A DNA stretch of 64,000 nucleotides, taken from contig NMRA01000025.1 in NCBI GenBank assembly GCA_002633005.1, forward strand, positions 1,444,548 to 1,508,547, in the 5' to 3' direction. Position numbers and translations under genes: made by a program. Below are positions 11,883 to 24,793 of this stretch, piece after piece; position 1 is the first letter of the stretch; each line of letters opens with the position of its first letter. The notes beneath the pieces are model-generated. The model had not been told where the DNA came from. It saw only the letters and a program-made list of their open reading frames with translations, and ran no database searches. This DNA comes from Phoronis australis (taxonomy: Eukaryota; Animalia; Phoronida).

Positions 11883-14800
11883 CGCCTGATGTGATCAACA
11901 TATGGCGTATGTGAAGACCAACAGTTATACATCATTCACTGCGCAGTAAAAGAAGAGTTCTAGAATCAGGTTAAGGTTATGGGAGATCCTAGACAAATAT
12001 CTAAACTTGGTAAAGCGGAAAACACATCTTGCAAATGGCTGATAGGATTCCAATAAAAACTTTCAGATCTTTTACTTTATGCACTGTTCCCCATCAGGCT
12101 TTTAGAGATTGTCTTTTGACTGATCTACTTTGGCATGGGAGGGCTAGCTAAAACAGGGACTTTCAGTAATTTCATGAAGAACTCAAACATTGATTAAAAC
12201 TATAAGGGTTACTAAAAAATCAGAATCGGCATTTTTCAGATTCCATCTTGAAAATTGGTCATGTTATCGACTCCACTGTTTTGTTATGAATGTATTCCTT
12301 TTTCCGGAATCTTATTAAAAATATGGTCAAGACACCCAATTAATGGCAGATTGATATATAAAATATATACAGACTCTCTACTTTCATGAATTAAAGTAGT
12401 GTTTTAGAAAGTTAAATTCCAAAGTTTGTAGATATTTGTCAGTAAGGTGCCACATAACCTTATGTCCTGACATTAAATTTTGGGTTACTCATGTTATTTC
12501 ATAACATGGCAACTGATACTTCTGTCCTCTGATTGTCTAGAACAGTTTGATAATTTTGACCCACCAGCCTGTGGAATAACACTTTTCATTTACGCCACCA
12601 GGATGTCACGCAACTAGCAATGTGACCAATCAGATACCATAAAAATTATAAACCCTGGCAACAAAGTAAGCGGATAATTTCAGTACATCAAAGCATTGAC
12701 GAAGCATCAGTAGCCAATTAATAAAAGAAATATAGACTGATCTATCGGGCAGATTAGGTTACATAGACTTGAGAGGGACATATGCTGCATTTAAGATGAT
12801 TCATTGGAAGCAGCTTCAAATGCTGAAACAGCAATGAAATGGGGTCCTCCAACTTTGGCTAATCTATTGACAGGGCACAGTAGCACGAATGATTATCACC
12901 GATTCTGTGTAAGCGATAAAGATGTTCACTAACATGTGCTGTCAATGAGACCAGTTGTGTGTCCCTGATTTAGCAGCTTGAACGTGCCGCGTCAGTTGAG
13001 GGGGACTCTTCCTCTTGTCCGTGACTTTCTGGAAGACAGGAAGCTGCTTGGAACCTGTTTAAAATAAATAGAATAGTTTAAATTCCTTTTATGCAAACAC
13101 GATAATACTACATACAAAACTCTTCAATCAAAAATACGCATTACAGACAAAATTGTTTTCATGTTGACGTGCATAATACCTGTGACAAATACATATACAA
13201 CGAGTTTTGAAAAGTGAACAAGGATTCAAATTTACTGTCAGTAGCTGAATGTTGAATCTATAAGAAAATCAAGTAAATGGAAAATCTATTATTCTCTGTT
13301 TCCACATTTTGACAATGATAATTTATTTGTCAGCAGATTCAAACAAGATCACTCATGCATTCAAGAATTTTATGTACTATACAGTGGCGAATCTAGGATA
13401 CCACAAGGGGGGCGGCCCAACATGTTGCCTCAGGGAATTGGGCAAAGCGCGATTGTACATGCACAGGGCACCCGAAAGTTGTGTCAGTTGAGGATGCAGA
13501 CCTTCTGTTCAGAAAATATATCGGTGGACTAAAAAAACGGGAACACGGTTCCACCGCAATATGGGATCTGAGCCCCCCCATCCGCTACCGGTCCTAGTTA
13601 GTTAACTCTCTTTTTCTTCGCGCTTCACGCTGTTTCTGTTTCATTTTGCTGGCGACAGCCACCGGGGGAGGGGGCGGGCCCCCGCCTATGCTATAGACAA
13701 CTAAATACAACCTATAAATGAAAGCGTTGATGGAAAAAACACGTTCCTGATAGAAGACAGCCTTCAAGGACAATGAGAACTGCATAAAAAGCTGAAAATC
13801 ACCTACCTTGCATAACGAAAAACCAATATTAACACAACTTAGATATGTCATTACCACTGTATGCTCCTCACTCACATGGGAACATTTGTATCAAACATTA
13901 CTGTATGCCACTATGTTTCAGTACAGTTGTTAAATGTTATCAACTGTATTTAGAGATGTCGACAACCTGCAAAAGACGCATAAGCATATGTTACCTCACT
14001 CAGTCTAACATGCTTTTCAAACAGCGAATGCTGGGCAGTGGTTTGTAAAATATTGTGCCAAAGCAAGTGGTATAGACAGTGTTATTTCACTGGCCCACTT
14101 TGTCTGTCTTTACATCCATTGGCGTATTGTTATATGTGTCTGTACTGAGCAGAGAAAGGCAAAAATATCGTATGCCAGAAAAGAACTCAGAGAGTTGTGT
14201 TCTGTAACTAAATAACTTTCGTCCGATTGTCATCAATATTTAGACCTGATGACATCACACAGCATACCAATGAAAAATTAATATTCATTAAATTGCACGT
14301 TTAACAATGAAATGAGTATTTCCACTTTATTTGCCAAAAATAACACTTTTACTCAACAAGCGTTATCTGAACATCTTCCTTAATCAGATAAGAAAGAATT
14401 AGAGACCCCTGCTTAGTCCATGCTGGCAGCCATGGCGATTGACGATGTCATAAGTGAGATATAAATGAAAACACCTCCACCAATTACGAGCAAATTGCGA
14501 GCTCCAAGCACTGGCGTATATACGGGGAGATGTGGTGGCAGGTACAACGGGGCATGACAAACTGTTCAATGCAAAACCCCTCTCGGTACGGTACATTCAT
14601 TGTATCCTATCCTAGCTCTTAATGATCTTAATCCTTTTCATTGCAAAGGTCCCAGGTTTCCAGTCATTTCAGCCCCTCGGTCATAAACCCAACCATCCCA
14701 GTCAAGCCACCTTTGGAAACAATTACCAAGACCATAATAACAAACAGAATGGGCAATGAAAATTTTAAAACAGAAACAATAACTCACGACAAACGAATTC

Positions 14801-14968
14801 ATGTCCACCATTCGAAATTTTGGTTAACAGTTGCACACTAGATGTCGCAAGTGCTTGCTTAATCTCAAGATCACTTGCGTGAACTTCGAATAGAAACTTA
14901 TTCCAAGTTCACTCATTATTCCAAGTTGAAGTACAACAGCGATCGCTACTATGTTCTCGTGCGGTGGC

Positions 14969-15094
14969 GCTTTCGTGACTTCGCTTTCATACGTTTGGGA
15001 ATTTCCAAATGAACAACGGTCTCTGGGATTTCCTTGACTGAACATGGTAACATTGAGTAGCTTATTTGCAAGCTGGAATTTCCCTGAATTTTCC
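14969..15094 (+). promoter_or_regulatory. Putative promoter of the TNFR-like gene with clustered NF-kB-like sites and an ISRE/IRF-like motif
   Basis: GGGAATTTCC 14997-15006, GGGATTTCC 15025-15033, GGAATTTCCC 15075-15084; minus-strand GAAAGCGAAGTCACGAAAG ~14970-14988; 70-160 bp upstream of the ATG. Confidence 0.55.
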
Positions 15095-15153
15095 AAACTA
15101 CTCTAGCCCACTGCCGGACTCGGCACAGAAGAGACAAAACCCGGCGGCGCAAA

Positions 15154-15219
15154 ATGCACCAGCTACATCACCTCATTACGCTGTTGCGGGTCACGGTCTT
15201 CGTGTGCAGCCCTATCACG
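15154..15219 (+). CDS. TNFR-ZU5-UPA-DD receptor (paralog B) exon 1, signal peptide
   Basis: gcaaaATGc context; MHQLHHLITLLRVTVFVCSPIT; ACG|GTAAGG donor, phase 0 matches the CRD exon. Confidence 0.7.
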
Positions 15220-15422
15220 GTAAGGTCAGACGGATAAGGATACCTATCATTATCACCGTGTAACCTAAAGCAAAATGGTGACATAAAAACTTCATTCGGC
15301 GTTTAATCTTTATTTTAGTCACATTTCTATTTCTTGGTTGAACTCCGCACAGAATTTTGAAGAAATTTTATCACATTTATTGAGTTTTATCGACTGTCAG
15401 CTTAAGCCGCTGAGGAGGACAG

Positions 15423-15432
15423 GGGAATTTCC
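15423..15432 (+). promoter_or_regulatory. NF-kB-like site in intron 1
   Basis: GGGAATTTCC matches GGGRNWYYCC. Confidence 0.4.
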
Positions 15433-16234
15433 AAAATGAATGACATTCAAATGGTGGATTTTTGGGGAAATTTGCCAGTTTCGGATGACGACGCAAGTTG
15501 TATAATTGTCAATCATATATAGGCGAAGTCCAGCCTTCATCGTTAATATTAGGTCTTTCATACTAAGAAAAGGAGTTTTTGAGTTTTCGGTAAACTCTTA
15601 TAAACTTCACTTTAATTCGTGTTGTCATAAAATTTTACTTGGTATTAGAGTATGCCGGATCTTGCGGGAGATAACATGTTCGGATTACTTCTATGGCGGG
15701 CACAATTGGGTCGTATGTCATGACGGTAGAGTTAATTTATTTAAAAGGAATGTTTTAGTTTATTAACGTATTAGTTTTGTTTTTTGTTGGAGGCGTCCTG
15801 GCTAAGGTGAATGGTGTCTTTTCACCCTGCATTTAGACTTATTTTTACTCTTTCCGTAAGCTTTTCCGTACGTTTCGTGAGACTGTTAAGCACCCTACAG
15901 TGATCGCATTTGTTCGGAAGCCTGTGGATTCCCTCGTCATCAATAAAATTCCACCTTTTTCAACACAGTTTAGTCGCTAGTTACCAGGGAAAACTTCAGC
16001 TGCCGCACTGTGATTTATGAAAAAGTTTTTTGAACGACCCTTGCCGTGTTCTTTTACATATATTTATTTGAAGCAAAATATTTCACCGTACAAAAAAGTA
16101 GAAAACAGATACACGCAGGCATCACACATCATAAACACACCCGGGATCAGAAAAATATCAAAGACGAAAATTACACAAATAGATGAAACCTTGCCGTGCT
16201 AGGTTATGCCATAGGCAACTTCAAAAACCAACTA

Positions 16235-16631
16235 AGGAGGGAATCAACAATTGGTCGGACTTCAAAACCACTGGCCTGTATTTCAAAACCAGTCGGCTGG
16301 ACTGCAAAATCAAATGGCTGGTGATCAAACGTGTTTTCCGGACTTCAAAAACTATCTGTCTGGACCCAAAACAGGATGGCCGGCGCTATAAGCAATTGGC
16401 TTGTGATTTGTTCGGCCATTGTGTTTGAGCACTGGCCAAGCCGGCCGTTTTAGGTCCAGCCAACCAGTGTTTTGGGTGCCACCATCTGATTTTGAGGTAC
16501 CGGACATCGCGTTTTGAGCCGGTCCGACCATCAAGTTTAGAGAACCGGCCATTAGGTTTTGCAGTCTAGCCAACTGGTTTTTAAGTCCGCGCATGTGGTT
16601 TTGAAGTCCGGCCAGTTGTTGATTCACCCCT
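16235..16631. mobile_element. MITE between two diverged ~200-bp direct repeats (~15860-16055, ~16670-16895)
   Basis: ~36-bp TIRs AGGAGGGAATCAACAATTGGTCGGACTTCAAAACCA / TGGTTTTGAAGTCCGGCCAGTTGTTGATTCACCCCT. Confidence 0.65.
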
Positions 16632-17473
16632 TGACTCTGAAATTAGATTTATTGATACCGTTTTTTAAAGCTTTTTTGTACGTTTTTGAGACTGTAAACC
16701 ACTTTACAAGGAAAGACCTTGCAGCGATCGCAGTTGTTCAGAAGCCTGTGGGCTCCCTCGTCATCAAGATAACTTTGATTCCCTTTTTTTAACACAGCTT
16801 AGTCGCTAGTAATCAGGGAAATTTTTGTGCTGCCCCATTGTGATTTACAATTTTTTGAACGTCCCCTGCCTTGTTAGGTTATGTCGTAGGCAACTTCAAA
16901 ACTCTGTGTAGTATCGTGCCCAGTGGGCGGGCCTGGTAATCTTCGATATAACAAAGTGTAGTTCTGTGGGGAGCGACAGTGTCGAATCCCGAAAAAGACA
17001 ACGTAGGCTAAGCGTTCCACAGCCAGTGAGTGAGTGCCAATTTGCCCAATATTCCATTGCGAAGAAGAACGGGAACATACCCCTTGGGCATCATTCCAAT
17101 ACCAGAGTTGCTGCAGTACGCAACTAGGAGGTGACAATATCAGCTATTGGCTGACGCCTAGCTGCCTCTCTATCACCTTTCATTTTGTCAATTACCGTTT
17201 AGAGTTTAGGATGTATGTATTTGTGCTACGCACTATTGTGCGACTTTCAAGTTCTGGGTTAAGCGACTGGAGCTCCTTAGGATTTGTCACATTTTGTGTA
17301 GACCCGGGAGTCGATTTCACCTTGTCCTGGAGGTAGGCTATTGGAAACTGATAAGTGGTCACGTGACACCCCATTGAGTATTGTTTACACTACCAGGGTT
17401 TTTCTGTTATCATCATGACGCGCGTAATTTCCATAAGTGGAATTACACGTGGTACCAAAATTTTATTTTTCAG

Positions 17474-17804
17474 TCAGGAAACGTATATGTCTACGAAGGG
17501 CGCAACTGCAGCGAATGCCCCCCGGGTCACCTGGTTCGACACCATTGCACTGAGAGCCAAAATACCGAGTGTGCTCCTTGTCCAGACGGGACGTATTCAA
17601 ACGCGCCAAACCCTTCTATCAGATGTAAACCATGTCGGATTGACTGTCCCAAGACGAATCGAGATCAAAGCATTGTGTTAAGAAATTGTACACACACAGA
17701 TGATATTATTTGTTCCTGTAGAGAAGGGTTGTGGTTTGATAACGTAAGAGGTCTCTGTCTACCGCATAGCAAGTGTCCACATGGATTTGACGTGGTTAAA
17801 AAAG
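17474..17804 (+). CDS. Paralog B exon 2, TNFR cysteine-rich domains
   Basis: CSECPPGHLVRHHCTESQNTECAPCPDGTYS...CKPCRIDC...NCTHTDDIICSCREG...CLPHSKCPHG is typical TNFR/NGFR CRD spacing; T-tract cAG acceptor, G|GTAAGA donor. Confidence 0.92.
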
Positions 17805-18410
17805 GTAAGACCTTAAATGCAGAAGCAGAAGTATGGAGAGCCACAGCGGAAAAGTTTCCAGGAAACAAATTTTCATGGTCTGCTGCAATGAAGTTTTCCT
17901 AACGTGTGAAAATTTCCTGACGTAATAAATATTTTGTCCTGGCGTCATAAATTATAGGGTCCTGGCGCGATAAATTATAGGGTCCTGGAGCGATAAATTT
18001 TGGATTTGCGTATATTTTTTTGGTCTTGCAGGGAATTTAATTCTTGAATAGAAAATTTTTGTCCTAGATTTTTTCCGCTTTGGTTTCAGCAGTTCAACAG
18101 ATTTGCGCTTAAAAATGTATGACGATAGGACGTTTTGGCTATCCCAAAGGTATCTGCAATAGAGCAACATATGTGCTCGACCCTCGCTCAACAAAATTCT
18201 CAGCAAAATGGGTGTTAATTCTTCTGTCATTTTATGAGGTTCTCTTTAAAAGTTTCTAAGAATTAAGTCGATAAATTTATTTGAACATCACCGGATATGT
18301 ATCCCTATCCTACTCTGAACTGGTGTGTTTGTTTTGTGTTTGTTGTTTTGTCATTTGATCAGTTTTGAAAATGACTAAGTAGCTACACAAGAATTGTCTA
18401 AAATTTGCAG

Positions 18411-18488
18411 GTACCTCCAATTCTGACGTAATTTGTGGTAGGACTGTCAAAAAGTCATGGTCAAGACCTGAGAGTACCACAACACCAG
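18411..18488 (+). CDS. Paralog B exon 3, end of last CRD and S/T stalk
   Basis: Splices to give KKGTSNSDVICG (GTxxSDxxC CRD ending), then RPESTTTP; phase 1-1. Confidence 0.85.
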
Positions 18489-18616
18489 GTAAAAGTTTGC
18501 TCGGTGCTTGACTGAATAAAGAATAAACAATAATAAACAATTTTCCGTGAAACAAATTCACGTGTTTGTATAAAATGTGTTTTGTATTTAGTAGTTTTGT
18601 GTAGAAATTTATTATG

Positions 18617-20033
18617 AAAGTCTAGACAGATAGGCTGCTAATTTTTGTAACTGAGTATAATCAAGATGGGCAGCGCAGCACTGAAAAAAGTGGATTAGCT
18701 AAAGCCCCCCAGCCACACTGTGGTGCGCCGCCCCTTGACCATGGGCGGCGCAGCACTGAAAAAGTGGGGGTTATAGCCCCCTCTCCCCTAGCCCCCTATG
18801 ATGCGCCCCCCATGATAATTGATGATAAGGATGAGTCTCAAGTCACGTGGTACTCGATCGTATCTTCGACGGAAGTTTTTCTATTATGGGATTTAAAGCT
18901 TCGATAAAATCTAATAAGAAGAGTGAGTTTTACCCGATTACTTGAAAAAAGACTACTTTTTAAAAGCTTCACCTTTGTTTAAGCAGATCAACAGCGAATA
19001 GTGTATTCATACTGACAAATACCGAGTTTACTACCTAAAAGATGCCCATTGTCATGTCTGTTCTCTGTTTCCTGAACTATTACCTCTTGATTCAAATTTT
19101 TAATGCTGTCTTTTGTTTCATTTTTTGTTTTGTTTTGTAGTGTTAAGTAGTACAAAAGTTTCCACCGGATACAGACGCATTGATAAAACTATAGACATTT
19201 TGATTGGTATTTCGGTGGCTTCGCTCATTGTATTAACCCTCACGGTAAGTCAAGGTCACACTTTGTTAAGCACTGCAAGTGTCAGTTAAGTTCGGAAATC
19301 AATTGTTACGAAACCACTTAAAGCNAAAGTCTAGACAGATAGGCTGCTAATTTTTGTAACTGAGTATAATCAAGATGGGCAGCGCAGCACTGAAAAAAGT
19401 GGATTAGCTAAAGCCCCCCAGCCACCCTGTGGTGCGCCGCCCCTTGACCATGGGCGGCGCAGCACTGAAAAAGTGGGGGTTATAGCCCCCTCTCCCCTAG
19501 CCCCCTATGATGCGCCCCCCATGATAATTGATGATAAGGATGAGTCTTAAGTCACGTGGTACTCGATCGTATCTTCGACGGAAGTTTTTCTATTATGGGA
19601 TTTAAAGCTTCGATAAAATCTAATAAGAAGAGTGAGTTTTACCCGATTACTTGAAAAGAGACTACTTTTTAAAAGCTTCACCTTTGTTTAAGCAGATCAA
19701 CAGCGAATAGTGTATTCATACTGACAAATACCGAGTTTACTACCCAAAAGATGCCCATTATCGTGTCTGTTTTCTGTTTCCTGAACTATTACCTCTTGAT
19801 TCAAATTTTTAATGCTGTCTTTTGTTTCATTTTTTGTTTTGTTTTGTAGTGTTAAGTAGTACAAAAGTTTCCACCGGATACAGACGCACTGATAAAACTA
19901 TAGACATCTTGATTGGTATTTCGGTGGCTTCGCTCATTGTATTAACCCTCACGGTAAGTCAAGGTCACACTTTGTTAAGCACTGCAAGTGTCAGTTAAGT
20001 TCGGAAATCAATTGTTACGAAACCACTCAAAGC
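18617..20033. repeat. 708-bp near-identical tandem duplication split by a single N (probable haplotype/assembly overlap); second TM-exon copy at 19850-19953
   Basis: 18617-19324 vs 19326-20033, N at 19325, few SNPs. Confidence 0.85.
19141..19244 (+). CDS. Paralog B exon 4, juxtamembrane region and first part of TM helix
   Basis: Long T-tract tAG acceptor, ACG|GTAAGT donor; ...DKTIDILIGISVASLIVLTLT; phase 1-0. Confidence 0.85.
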
Positions 20034-21469
20034 GGTTATAAACCCTCCAAGACCAACTATCGATTCAGACCACTCACCGATACGAAACTGGTTTCAGGTT
20101 GTTCAACTTGTAGATGATTCCAGCGCTTCGACAGAACAGTTTGTTACTGCTCGAGGCGAGGGTCAACTGTGACAAGTTGGCTTGTCACGGCGGGTCATTT
20201 TTGCGCAGAAATCGTACTGCCAGTTCTTTGCAAACCCCCGAGACCACTTCTTATCCGAGTGATGAACACGTTAAGACCGAATTTATAGCGGACAAGTGAT
20301 CTATATCTTAAGTTTGGTTCTTGGCGGAACACCGTTTTATAATCGGTTCTATAAGTGTTCTTCATGGAATAACACTTAAATACTATCGGCACATATGTGT
20401 TCCCTTCATATGGCAAAATATATTGCTCTTCATAATATTGCCACAGACGTCCAGAGACGATTGAAAATGTTCGTTCATACGCTCAGTTTCTTTTTCAAAT
20501 TTCTTCAAGAAGAACTAATATTCGCTTACAAAGGCAATCTACATGCAAATGGTAAAGAGAAATGAGTGTTCATAGTCTGCATTAAATTCAAAACATCAGG
20601 GGACTCTTTACTGCAGGTCGTGAGTTGTGCCGTACCCAAGACCGTAACATCGCATTTTTTTGCTGAAGTTCATAAGAGTGCGCATAAAAACTTCTTCAGC
20701 GGGGTGGTGTCATTTGCACCCAGGCGCCAAGACGGGCACCAACGCTCCTTCAGACATGCAAAAACTAAATGTGGTCCTAACCATAAGTATGTAGTACCCC
20801 CTCCCCCGGTCGACACCAGTTATGCCCTTCCTCCTGTGGCCAATGCAGTCCTGCTCTGCTTGCTTATCGGTTGAGCACAGTCAAAGACAGCCGCCCTTTT
20901 TGGTTGCTTCAGTGGGAAGGCGCCGTCATGACTGGGCCCAGGCGAGGCCCCCCAACCCGACCCCTATTCCCATTTGCATGTGTAGATGTCTGTCTCAACA
21001 TAAAACAGAGTAGTCCATTTTTAATGACCTGTAGGTTTCGAAAAGAGGGTCATCATCCAATTGACAGGCGCCAATGGAAAGTTTCCCAAAAGAACACCCA
21101 CTTCATTTAAGTACAAACTGCATGTTCTAAAGTTCGTCATCTTTCAGGAAGGAGCACCCACAAAACAAAATACGAAAAAGATAAAAACTGGAAAAGGTAT
21201 TACGAAACAATTTCTTGTACTTATTGAAGTAAGTTTAGGGAGTGGACCGAAACAAAAATCTCCTGTCAAGAATGAATAAACCACGACCATACCAAGGAGC
21301 GCAGTTTGGTATTGTTATTCCCGTGCCAAAAACTCTCGATATTCGCCTTCCGAATTGATTTTCTTGTTTCGTACCTATAAAAACGTAATAGTTACGACTG
21401 AACGTGCGACCCTCAATAAAATTTCTCTCAGCTGTATAATTCACCACATAATGAACACTCTGTTTGTAG

Positions 21470-21518
21470 TTTGCAGGCGTAGTCTTATTGGTGAAGCGGC
21501 GAAAGAGCATGAGTGCAG
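21470..21518 (+). CDS. Paralog B exon 5, end of TM helix and basic stop-transfer
   Basis: tgtttgtAG|TTTGCA..., FAGVVLLVKRRKSMSA, G|GTCAGT donor; phase 0-1. Confidence 0.75.
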
Positions 21519-22500
21519 GTCAGTGAGAAATTCAATTCCTTTCTCAGCAGGATGGTACAGCAACGTGTCTCAATTTTCAAACTGCTTCTAATGTTTTTGG
21601 TTATTCCTTATCCATATAAGATAAACTTGTAGGCTCTAATAAATGCTACCAAATAACAATCCAGAAATACCTCTCGTTGTTAACAGGAAACATGCGCGCA
21701 CCCAGCCTTCAATATGAGGGAGCTCGAATTCCTGACTTTGTCGACCCTTGCTAACAAAAAAGCGGGCGGATTAAAAAAAAGAAAAAAAAAACAAAAGAAA
21801 CGGGAGCACCTCTGTGAATTGCGCGTTTGCGCATGTTTAGTGTGGACTTTTGCTTCAGTGTCTAGGTCTTTTTGTCTCTTTGAGGCGGACCTTTTTGCCC
21901 ATTTCGCCACTTCGCCCCGTGGGTGCGCGCATGGGAAAATAAAAACTATTACTCCCACCATCCGTTTGACCTACATACATCATTTGAATAAAAAGATTCG
22001 ATTAAGAAAAGAATCGATAACTGCAATGTTGAAAGTGACCCGCGTTCCAAGATCTCTTTTTCTTATTCACTACTTCATGAAGAATTGCTTGTGAGAATTT
22101 TTTTATTAATTTCTCACTGTGCCATGAGTAAAGTGGAACTTTAATTACGTAACAAGTTCATTTAGATCTTTTTACAACGATGCGGGTCTAAATGGGGAGT
22201 CTTCTGTTTTGCATAAGGCGGGTGCATACTGTTTGAAGTGGATGCAACCCACTTTATAAGGTATTTGGTGACTAGCTGGTCCTGTGATTTTAAAGATGTT
22301 GAAAGACAGATCCAGAAATCCAAGTGTGCAGATTTAGAAGACAGAACGTGGAAATCTAACGACAGTCGCACTGTCTTAGGTCACTGAGTACACTGAGAGT
22401 AGGATAGCTGAATGTGAAATCAAATCTATCGAGTTAACACTTGTTTAGACTCTGGTGGCAAGGTACTGACTGTGTTCATAACATGTTTTTACCTTTCTAG

Positions 22501-22551
22501 ACCGAAGTATGTTCGGAAGCAGTGAAGACGAGTTAATCTCGATTATGCCAG
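22501..22551 (+). CDS. Paralog B exon 6, cytoplasmic micro-exon
   Basis: cctttctAG acceptor, G|GTATTT donor, 51 bp phase 1-1, (D)RSMFGSSEDELISIMP. Confidence 0.6.
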
Positions 22552-22889
22552 GTATTTACACGTGTTAGAAGTAATTTCCGTCCTAATTTTTTGTTACGAA
22601 ATTATTTTGCGACAAACAGATTCAATGACGCTTCCATTAGAACCCTTATTTATTAATTACACATTTTTTTCATTTACAACTTAACAGAAATTTTCGTATA
22701 AATAATAATAATGTTAAGGTAACTTCTAACGTTCGTGAAGTATTTTTACTGATTACTAACCATATCTTGTTCAGATAAAATAAGATCAATCTTAATATAA
22801 ACTGTTGGTGGCTTTGTGTCTTAACAATATATTACTGGTCAATACGCAGAGAATCATGTCTCATATTGTTATTTACCCTCAAACAACAG

Positions 22890-22934
22890 AGTTATCAGTC
22901 ACGAAAGACTGCAAGGCTCCATTTCTGAAGGCAG
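22890..22934 (+). CDS. Paralog B exon 7, cytoplasmic micro-exon
   Basis: caacAG acceptor, G|GTATTT donor, 45 bp phase 1-1, (E)LSVTKDCKAPFLKA. Confidence 0.55.
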
Positions 22935-23918
22935 GTATTTTCGTTGTAAAATGAAATGTAAATAAATTTGAGACTATTTTGTAAGATATGGGCGATATTC
23001 ACGGCATTTCGTGAATCTACTCAAAAATAGTTTGATATAGAACCGCTTTAAATCTAGATCGAAAAGTTTACCGAGGATCACAAATAGCCGAAATGAAGCC
23101 CAGATACCAAACGCGTAACTGGTCATTTGCCATATTCAGTGCTTTTTATTCTCAATACTAAAAGATAATGTCATGTTTTTTCATCTGAAAATTGCCGGCA
23201 TATGTTTACAAGCGTAACTCTGGCCAGATATCACACTAAGTACGTCCACACACATACAAGTTACTCCTAGAACGAGTTGTCGCCAGGTTTGGAGGCTGTG
23301 TGGACGCTATTTAAACTAGTTCAACTACCCCATTTGTGATAGACAATCTACCTTATCAAGGTGGGGTAACTTGTTCTAGGGTTACTAGTAGCGCTTCTAA
23401 TTCTTGTGTGGCCGCAAACATGGAGCAAGGCGGTGCATGGTTACATAAAGACAGTTTTTGCGAGCCGTATTCGCATTAAGCCTCAATTACACGAGAAACA
23501 ACTGACACGGCGCAGCTAACACGGAAAAGCTGATCAAGTAAAAGTCGGTGTGTGTAAACACCACTGACACGGAGCAAGTGACACCGCGCCGGCCAGTTTT
23601 CACCAGTTTGATAGGTAGAGCGAGTTGTACTGGATCAGTTGCTCCAGTTTAAACTACATGTCGAAGCACAGTATTGGCCGGGACAGGGTGGAAAGGGGCC
23701 ATCTTTCAATGCGTTTGTGCAATAGCGTATACTGGGTTGATCAGTTGGGTATAGATCAGTAACGTTAGGACCTCGCTAAAAGGAAGTCTTAGCGAGATTA
23801 TGTGCATGTAAACAATATCACTCTTCTTTAGTCATGGATAGTTGAATTGTGGCACAATATTAGAAGTACGATAGGATATTTCCCGTGGAACTCACCTACG
23901 CACTGCATACATTTTCAG

Positions 23919-24793
23919 ACACTCAGAAAACCGAAGCCTTCAACAGTACACTTCATCAACGTGAAATCCCTTCAAACACCATTGACAATCTTGAGACATC
24001 CAGCTGTCGTGTGTTTAGATATGACCACAGATACACTGAAGTCCCGGGAAGATCAAACTCCTTGGAAAGTTCTGAAGAAATAAATGAAAATGAGAAGAAT
24101 TCTAGTACCGGCCGTAATACATCGCCACAAACGCATGCGAGTAAAACTGCTCCGTGTTTTCCAGTATTTTACAACTGGCCTAAGGGGAAAGACTTCGAAA
24201 CTCATGAGCACTACAAGACATATCAGTACGACAGCGCAGGTGGAGATCTCGTGTTGTCGTCCAGCGTCAAAGTCTCAATTCCTCCGAAATCGATTAAGAG
24301 CGGGGAGGTTTTTGGGATTAAGGGTGGACCGGTAAAGAATGATCGGGAGTTTCACGATTTCTTTAGGAGCAAAGAAGATGAAGACGTGATCTCTCCTGTG
24401 TATCAGATCGACGTCGACGAGAGGAAACAGTTCAGTGGTCATGTTAGATTGGTTCTGAAGCACTGTATTCAGAATCCGGAGGCATGGAAGACAATAAAGG
24501 TCTATCACTGTCCCTCCGCGGATACCCTATCCCAACTGACGGAGGTTCCGCTGAAATCTAAAAACAACAACGTGGTTCAACCGATGTATTACGTGATCGA
24601 AAACAACCAGACCGTGTCTGTCTATACCAGGAAATTCAGCGTTTACATTGCCAGTGGCGATAGAAAAAGGAACACAAATATTAAGGCACATATTTACGCG
24701 AAACAGTGCACCAAGATGGAGGAATTGCCGAACTCTATAAAGATGAGAGTTTACATGGGCGACAGCTACCAGCATATCACAGAAAACTTTACG
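23919..24793 (+). CDS. Paralog B exon 8, low-complexity linker, ZU5 domain and start of UPA-like domain
   Basis: YDSAGGDLVLSSSVKVSIPPKSI...VISPVYQID...FSGHVRLVLKHC...TRKFSVY matches ZU5 hallmarks (GGxL, V-x-IPP, SPV, F-x-x-x-V-x-L-x-L-x-HC, xFS); ttttcAG acceptor, ACG|GTACAC donor. Confidence 0.88.

Noticed and set aside
14180-14240. Minus-strand box C/D-like motifs (TGATGA...CTGA)
   Set aside because: Spacing short, no terminal stem or recognisable guide sequence
17211-17336. Alternative first exon near the CRD exon
   Set aside because: Poor signal-peptide character; 15154-15219 has better start context, donor, phase and promoter motifs
20114-20299. ORF after an AG as a possible extra receptor exon
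   Set aside because: Does not complete the TM helix and has no convincing donor; 21470-21518 fits much better
24060-24082. SSEE as a TRAF2-binding motif in the linker
   Set aside because: Four-residue motif in a S/E-rich region is likely by chance; no paralog sequence in the window to test conservation
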